This document shows, piece by piece, positions 37,191-41,736 of a stretch of 41,736 bases of DNA. How positions within the stretch are numbered: position 1 is the stretch's first letter; each line of letters opens with the position of its first letter. Source of the stretch: a virus; the IMG/VR virus record IMGVR_UViG_3300045988_047176. One strand, 5' to 3'. Made by a program: the position numbers and the translations under genes. Below the pieces are notes generated by a model, which did no database searches, was not told where the DNA came from, and saw only the letters and a list, made by a program, of their open reading frames with translations.

Positions 37191-37757
37191 ATGAAGAAAG
37201 AAGAGCTGTTGAACATCGGCCTGACGGAAGAGCAGGCGGACAAGGTGTTTGCCATGAGCGGCAAAGACATCGAAAAGCACAAGAAAGCCGCAGAGGACGC
37301 AAAGGCGGACAAGGAAGCCCTGGAGCAGCAGGTCGCAGACCGGGATAAGGACATCGCGGAGCTGAAAAAGACCAGTGGTGACGCGGCCAAAATCCAGGAG
37401 AAGCTGGATGAGTTGCAGGGCAAGTACGACAAGGAAACCGAAGCGTACAAAGCACAGCTTGCACAGCGGGATTATCAGACCGCCATTGACAAGGCGATTG
37501 CCGACAGCGGCGTGAAGTTTTCCTCCAAATCTGCGGAAAAGGCTTTCCGAGCGGGTATCGGAGACAGCAAGCTCGAAATGAAGGACGGCGCTTTGGACGG
37601 GTTCGACAAGTACCTGGAAAATGCAAAGTCTGAGGATCCCAGCGCATTTGTAAAGGCTGGCGCTCGTGTTGACACGCAGGGTTCGCTTGAGGGCGGCACT
37701 CGTGAAACAAAGCCCACATCTTTGCTGGGTGCGCTCCACGAAAAATACGACAAGTAA
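37191..37757 (+). CDS. Scaffolding protein (GP20-like)
   Basis: ATG lies 6 nt after AAGGAG. 188 aa, highly charged and helical (LLNIGLTEEQADKVFAMSGKDIEKHKK...). It is directly upstream of the major capsid gene. Confidence 0.7.
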   Translation: MKKEELLNIGLTEEQADKVFAMSGKDIEKHKKAAEDAKADKEALEQQVADRDKDIAELKKTSGDAAKIQEKLDELQGKYDKETEAYKAQLAQRDYQTAIDKAIADSGVKFSSKSAEKAFRAGIGDSKLEMKDGALDGFDKYLENAKSEDPSAFVKAGARVDTQGSLEGGTRETKPTSLLGALHEKYDK

Positions 37758-37772
37758 AGGAGACAATGACAC

Positions 37773-38771
37773 ATGGCTATTACTCTTGCTGAAGCTAAAG
37801 TCGGCATGGCCGACAAGGTCGACCAGATGATCGTCGACGAATTTCGCCGCAGTTCTCTGCTGCTGGACAGACTGGTGTTTGATAACGCTATCTCTCCGGG
37901 CACTGGTGGTTCTACCCTGACCTACGGCTACATTCAGCTAAACACCCCCTCCACCGCCGCTGTTCGTGCGATCAACAGCGAGTACACCGCCAACGAAGCT
38001 AAGCGCGTTGAGAAGACCGCAAAGGCCATCATCATGGGCGGTTCCTTCTCCGTTGACCGTGTGCTGCAGAACACCTCCGGCGCTGTGGATGAGCTGGCGT
38101 TTCAGGCGCAGCAGAAGATCAAGGCGACCAGCAACTACTTCCATAACCTGGTCATCAACGGCACCTCCGCCGCTACCGGCGCTGGTTATGTGACCGGCAC
38201 CTTTGACGGTCTGAAGAAGCTGCTGTCCGGCACTTCTACGGAGTTGTCCTCCGGCATTAACCTGTCCACCTCTGCGCTGCTGGATAGCAACGCCAACGCG
38301 TTCATTGACCAGCTGGATCAGCTGGTGCACACCATCGACGGTGATACCACAATGCTGATGATGAACGGCGATATGCTGATGAAGGTTCGTTCCTGCGCAC
38401 GCCGTGCCGGTTACTACGAGCGTACAAAGGACGACTTTGGCCAGGTTGTGGAGACCTTTGCCGGTATCCCCCTGATGGACATGGGCAAGTACTACAACGG
38501 CACTTCCTCTGTGGACGTTATCGGCACTTCTGCCGCTACCGCTTCCGCCGACGGCACCACCAGCATCTACGCGGTGAGTATCGGTCTGGACGGCTTCCAC
38601 GGCATTTCCCCCACCGGCAACAGCGTCATTTCCAGCTATATGCCCGACATGAACGCCCCCGGTGCCGTAAAGACCGGCGAGGTCGAGCTGGTGGCAGGCG
38701 TGGTGCTGAAGAACACCCTCAAGGCCGCTGTGCTGGACAACATCATCCTGTCCCCCAAGACCGGTAGCTGA
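37773..38771 (+). CDS. Major capsid protein (HK97-fold type)
   Basis: 332 aa with an AAAGGAG RBS. The call rests on position after the scaffold gene and on composition and length typical of siphovirus major capsid proteins. Confidence 0.85.
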   Translation: MAITLAEAKVGMADKVDQMIVDEFRRSSLLLDRLVFDNAISPGTGGSTLTYGYIQLNTPSTAAVRAINSEYTANEAKRVEKTAKAIIMGGSFSVDRVLQNTSGAVDELAFQAQQKIKATSNYFHNLVINGTSAATGAGYVTGTFDGLKKLLSGTSTELSSGINLSTSALLDSNANAFIDQLDQLVHTIDGDTTMLMMNGDMLMKVRSCARRAGYYERTKDDFGQVVETFAGIPLMDMGKYYNGTSSVDVIGTSAATASADGTTSIYAVSIGLDGFHGISPTGNSVISSYMPDMNAPGAVKTGEVELVAGVVLKNTLKAAVLDNIILSPKTGS

Positions 38772-38791
38772 TTGGAAAGGAGCTGGCTCAC

Positions 38792-39229
38792 ATGACATAC
38801 GCTGATTACGACTATTACTCCGGGATCTATTTGGGCATCGTGAGCGAGGAGGATTTTCCGCGCCTGGCTGTACGAGCCAGCTCCTTTCTCGACTACTACA
38901 CGCAGAACCGGGCAAAAGATAACGCTGATATGTATGCTGTAAAAATGTGCTGCTGTGCACTTGTGGACAAGTATCAGCTGATCGAAGCTGCGCAGCAGCT
39001 TGCCGCAACCAAACTGACGAACGCGGCGACCGGCGATGAAGTGAAAAGCGAAACGGTAGGCGGGTACTCCCGGACGCTGGCCAGCGGCGGCGAAGCTGCC
39101 GCGTCCGCACTAAGCGCTACGGACGGTGCGAAGAAACTGCTGGCGGCGACCTGTAACGAGTATCTGGCGCATACTGGTCTGCTGTATCGGGGAGGGGGGT
39201 GCTGTGGTTGTACGCGCCCCACACTATAA
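38792..39229 (+). CDS. Head-tail connector or adaptor protein
   Basis: 145 aa and the first gene after the major capsid protein. The N-terminus, YADYDYYSGIY.G....EDFPRLAVRASSFLDYYT, resembles gp6-like connectors. Confidence 0.6.
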   Translation: MTYADYDYYSGIYLGIVSEEDFPRLAVRASSFLDYYTQNRAKDNADMYAVKMCCCALVDKYQLIEAAQQLAATKLTNAATGDEVKSETVGGYSRTLASGGEAAASALSATDGAKKLLAATCNEYLAHTGLLYRGGGCCGCTRPTL

Positions 39230-39657
39230 CGGTCTACAATGCCGTGCAGGAGACTGACCCGGCGACCTTTGAGGAAATCACAAAGCTGTATGTGACCATC
39301 CTGCGCGGCGTTATGCTGCAGGCCAGCAAGGCGGTCAACGTGCGTGAAAGCGGCCTTGAGAGCGCGGACGCGGTAAACCTGTACATTCCGTTTTCCGTGG
39401 AAGCGGTGGACGGAACGACAGGTAAAGCCAAGACCTACGCGCCCCCGCAGGCGTTTCTTGCGGCGGCGGACAAGTCCGGGCTGTGGACGCTGTCTGTGAA
39501 CGGTAACGGCGGGTTGACGTTCTTTGTGAAAGGCGAGTTTGTCACAGACAAAGAGGACGTGGCTATGGCACAGGACGGCTGCTACAACGTGACCAAAGTG
39601 GACGAGAAAGATTTTGGCAGCGTGGATATGCAGCACTGGGAAGTCGGAGGGGCATAA
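39199..39657 (+). CDS. Head-closure or minor capsid-type connector protein
   Basis: About 150 aa; the start is ambiguous (GTG 39199 or TTG 39208). The call is by position. Confidence 0.5.
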   Translation: MLWLYAPHTITVYNAVQETDPATFEEITKLYVTILRGVMLQASKAVNVRESGLESADAVNLYIPFSVEAVDGTTGKAKTYAPPQAFLAAADKSGLWTLSVNGNGGLTFFVKGEFVTDKEDVAMAQDGCYNVTKVDEKDFGSVDMQHWEVGGA

Positions 39658-39658
39658 G

Positions 39659-40078
39659 ATGTCGCTCAAGTTCTCTGTTGACGTGTCCGGCATGGACGAG
39701 GTAAAGCGGCAGCTTGCAAGGGCCTGTGGCCGCGCTGAAAGCGTTTTAGCGCAACAGGTGATGAAAGATACCATCCCATTTGTGCCTGCGCTTACAGGCT
39801 CTCTGACGCAGAGGACGCGGGTGGTAGGCAACGAGGTCATTTACCCAGGCCCATACGCCCGGTTTCTGTACTACGGAAAAGTGATGGTAGACCCGGCGAC
39901 CGGCAGCACATACGCGCCCAAAGGCGGGCACAAAGTGGTCACAGACCGCAATCTTGTATTTAACACAACAATGCATCCGCAGGCACAGGCACATTGGTTT
40001 AACGCTTCCAAAGCGCAGAACATGGAGAAGTGGATGCGGGTGGCAGATAAGGCGGTGAATAAATTTGGAAAAGATTAA
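39659..40078 (+). CDS. HK97 gp10-family or Minor_capsid_1-like tail-completion protein
   Basis: 139 aa. ...KDTIPFVPALTGSLTQRT... parallels the gp10-family P.DTG.L..S motif. Confidence 0.6.
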   Translation: MSLKFSVDVSGMDEVKRQLARACGRAESVLAQQVMKDTIPFVPALTGSLTQRTRVVGNEVIYPGPYARFLYYGKVMVDPATGSTYAPKGGHKVVTDRNLVFNTTMHPQAQAHWFNASKAQNMEKWMRVADKAVNKFGKD

Positions 40079-40511
40079 AAAGGCCGTGTCAGCTGCCGAA
40101 GAGGATCAGGTATCGCGCAAGCTGCTTGTGTGGCTGAACACATACCCGGAGCTGCCAGTCGACCTTATCCGCTTTGAGTTTCTTCCCGCTGACACTTCCG
40201 CTATGGCGATGTCGACCATCCAAGCGGCTTACATCGTGCGGAAGTATATCACCGGCGGTTATGTGGCGGAGTATCAGTTCAAGATAATCTACCGAGTGAA
40301 GCCGGGAAACAGCAACGACAAACGGCTTAAGGCTGACGAACTGTTGAACGCTATCGGGGATTGGGCAAATGGTCAGAAGCCCGACATCGGAGATGACAAG
40401 CGCGTTATCAGCATGGAGCCGACCACGCGATCTTCCCTGTTTGCCATGTATGAAAACGGGGACGAAGATCACCAAATTCTTATGAGACTGAATTACGAGG
40501 TGAATGTATAA
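40065..40511 (+). CDS. Tail terminator-like protein
   Basis: 148 aa, TTG start, overlapping the upstream gene. It lies directly upstream of the major tail gene. Confidence 0.5.
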   Translation: MEKIKKAVSAAEEDQVSRKLLVWLNTYPELPVDLIRFEFLPADTSAMAMSTIQAAYIVRKYITGGYVAEYQFKIIYRVKPGNSNDKRLKADELLNAIGDWANGQKPDIGDDKRVISMEPTTRSSLFAMYENGDEDHQILMRLNYEVNV

Positions 40512-41032
40512 TGGCAGATTTGGAATTTAACACCACGACGGGTCAGACCATTGGCCGCGAACTGCTAATTGCGTACCTGAACACAGGCACTGCATCCGCC
40601 CCCGTGTGGAGCGCCATCGGTAAGCGCGTTGAGGACAGCAGCGAGGAAATGGACTGGAGCACCGACACCAAGCAGGACATCCTGGGACACACCTTTACGA
40701 CCATGAAAAAGCCCACCATTACGCAGACCTTTGACCCCATTCCCTTGGACGCGGGCGACGCTGCGGCGGTGAAGATGTGGAACCTGGCCGTCAAAGACCA
40801 GGATGCCCAGGCGCTGGCAAATCAGGACATGATGATCGGCCACTTCTACGCCACCAGCGGCGAGGCGATGTTTGCGGAGCGCTACGACGCTTGCGCTATT
40901 GCCATCACCGGCATCGGCGGCGAAGGCGGCGGCACCCTGAACATCACCAGCGAAATCACCTATGGCGGAACCCGCACTGTGGGTACTGTGAAGAAGGGCA
41001 GCGGCGGCGCTATTGAGTTTACTGCGGCCTAA
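40511..41032 (+). CDS. Major tail protein
   Basis: 173 aa. It is beta-rich and followed by an attenuator-type hairpin and the chaperone genes. The N-terminus, GRELLIAYLNTGTASAPVWSAIGKRVEDSSEE, is typical of TP901-1/phi13-type tail tube proteins. Confidence 0.7.
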   Translation: MADLEFNTTTGQTIGRELLIAYLNTGTASAPVWSAIGKRVEDSSEEMDWSTDTKQDILGHTFTTMKKPTITQTFDPIPLDAGDAAAVKMWNLAVKDQDAQALANQDMMIGHFYATSGEAMFAERYDACAIAITGIGGEGGGTLNITSEITYGGTRTVGTVKKGSGGAIEFTAA

Positions 41033-41036
41033 ATAA

Positions 41037-41061
41037 AGGGGCGGGCAACCGCCCCTGTTTT
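41037..41061 (+). terminator. Hairpin terminator or attenuator after the major tail gene
   Basis: AGGGGCGG / CCGCCCCT forms an 8-bp stem with a GCAA loop, followed by GTTTT. Confidence 0.65.
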
Positions 41062-41072
41062 GGAGGAAACAC

Positions 41073-41489
41073 ATGAAGGAATTGACAATCACCACCGGCG
41101 TACAGGAATACCACCTGAATGACAAATGCACGGTGCATTTTAATCCCAGCGATCCAGCGTTTGCAGACAGGCTTTACACAGCGTTTGGCGCGCTGAAAAA
41201 GAAGCAGGATGCGCGGGACACTAACGTAGAAAAAATGAGTGCCCGTGAAATGTTTGACTGGCTCCGAAATATGGACACCGAAATGCGCGAGACTATTGAC
41301 GGCGTGTTTGAGCAGCCGGTGTGTGAAGCACTGTTTGGCAATGTCAGCGTGTATGCCATCGCAGACGGTGCGCCGCTGTGGATGAACCTGATGGTTGCCA
41401 TCGTGGACGAGCTTGACGAGGGTATCAAGCGGGAAAAGGCTTTTCACAGCGAGAAACTGGCAAAATACACAAAGAAGTATAGCCGATGA
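41073..41489 (+). CDS. Tail assembly chaperone
   Basis: 138 aa with a GGAGGA RBS. It lies between the major tail gene and the Gp15-like and tape measure genes. Confidence 0.6.
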   Translation: MKELTITTGVQEYHLNDKCTVHFNPSDPAFADRLYTAFGALKKKQDARDTNVEKMSAREMFDWLRNMDTEMRETIDGVFEQPVCEALFGNVSVYAIADGAPLWMNLMVAIVDELDEGIKREKAFHSEKLAKYTKKYSR

Positions 41490-41736
41490 TGTACGACTTG
41501 CCGAAAAGCGTTGAGGTGTGCGGCGTTGAATACCCCATAGAAACAGATTTCCGCGTGATCCTGGACATATTCGCGGTACTGTCCGCCGTGGAACTGACAA
41601 GCGAAGAGAAATGCGTCGGTGTATTGGGAATATTTTACCCCGGATTTTTCGATATGCCTGGGGAGCACATGGGAGAAGCAATAAAACAGTGCTTTTGGTT
41701 TATCAACGGCGGGAATGAGGAAGCGCAAAAAAAAAC
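41486..41736 (+). CDS. Gp15-family protein, 5' part (runs off the window end and continues at 120..414)
   Basis: The ATG at 41486 overlaps the chaperone stop (ATGA). The frame is open to the window end. Bases 41618-41736 duplicate 1-119, so the CDS is in phase with 1..414. Confidence 0.7.
   Translation, partial: MMYDLPKSVEVCGVEYPIETDFRVILDIFAVLSAVELTSEEKCVGVLGIFYPGFFDMPGEHMGEAIKQCFWFINGGNEEAQKK
41618..41736. repeat. Terminal direct repeat, copy 2 (identical to 1..119)
   Basis: Direct base-by-base comparison. Confidence 0.95.

Larger units (their letters stand above)
1..41617. mobile_element. Complete temperate siphovirus-like phage or prophage genome (one unit length of a circular or terminally redundant molecule)
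   Basis: There is an exact 119-bp overlap between the two window ends. The set of phage modules is complete: packaging, head, tail, lysis, integrase, immunity and recombination. There are no host-like flanks. Confidence 0.85.

Noticed and set aside
37938-39110. A 390-aa minus-strand ORF antisense to the major capsid and connector genes.
   Set aside because: It is a GC-rich shadow ORF with an Arg/Gly/Ala/His-rich, non-protein-like composition. It lies opposite strongly supported structural genes and has no RBS.

Overview
The window is a complete, circularly closed genome of about 41.6 kb from a temperate siphovirus-type phage or prophage. Bases 1-119 are repeated exactly at 41618-41736, and one CDS reads across that junction. 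Gene content points to a Firmicutes/Clostridia-type host: PBSX-type terminase, an XkdX-like peptide, Hol118-like and Dp-1-like holins, an Amidase_3-like endolysin and a large serine integrase. The host cannot be named from sequence alone.

Module order:
- Tail, 1-8195: a Gp15-like protein, a reverse-strand moron, the tape measure, tail tip and fibre genes, and XkdW/XkdX-like genes.
- Lysis, 8371-9969: three membrane proteins plus an amidase.
- Accessory or cargo region, 10057-13813: a small HTH protein, a leader-like stretch bounded by terminators, a putative Cys peptidase, and a six-gene cassette of low-complexity Q/G/C-rich proteins with no function I can name.
- Lysogeny, 13822-18550: a candidate attP, a serine integrase, a membrane-tethered XRE protein, a low-GC leftward operon, and a sigma-70 promoter with palindromic operators driving a cro-like gene.
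- Early, recombination and replication, 18547-26892: a Sak/Rad52-like annealing protein, a YqaJ-like exonuclease, a NinB-like protein, SSB, DUF1064, a nonapeptide-repeat protein and a 3D-domain protein.
- DNA modification island, 26896-29936: a DPPY methyltransferase, a circularly permuted C5 methyltransferase and a GNAT/Mom-like protein.
- Small Cys-rich ORFs, an HNH endonuclease, and a structured non-coding stretch of about 450 bp.
- Packaging and head, 32045-41489: terS, terL, portal, a MuF-like protein, scaffold, major capsid protein, connectors, major tail protein and a tail chaperone.

I found no tRNA, CRISPR array, reverse transcriptase or transposase.

The best candidates for undescribed biology are:
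1. The terminator-insulated cargo cassette at 11035-13784.
2. The low-GC operon next to the immunity switch, 16424-18079.
3. Twin long hairpins in an A+C-rich, T-poor non-coding region, 18991-19305.
4. The permuted C5 methyltransferase.
5. A 27-bp tandem array with a perfectly conserved core, 21321-21590.

All functional calls rest on motif recognition by eye and on gene order. No database search was run.
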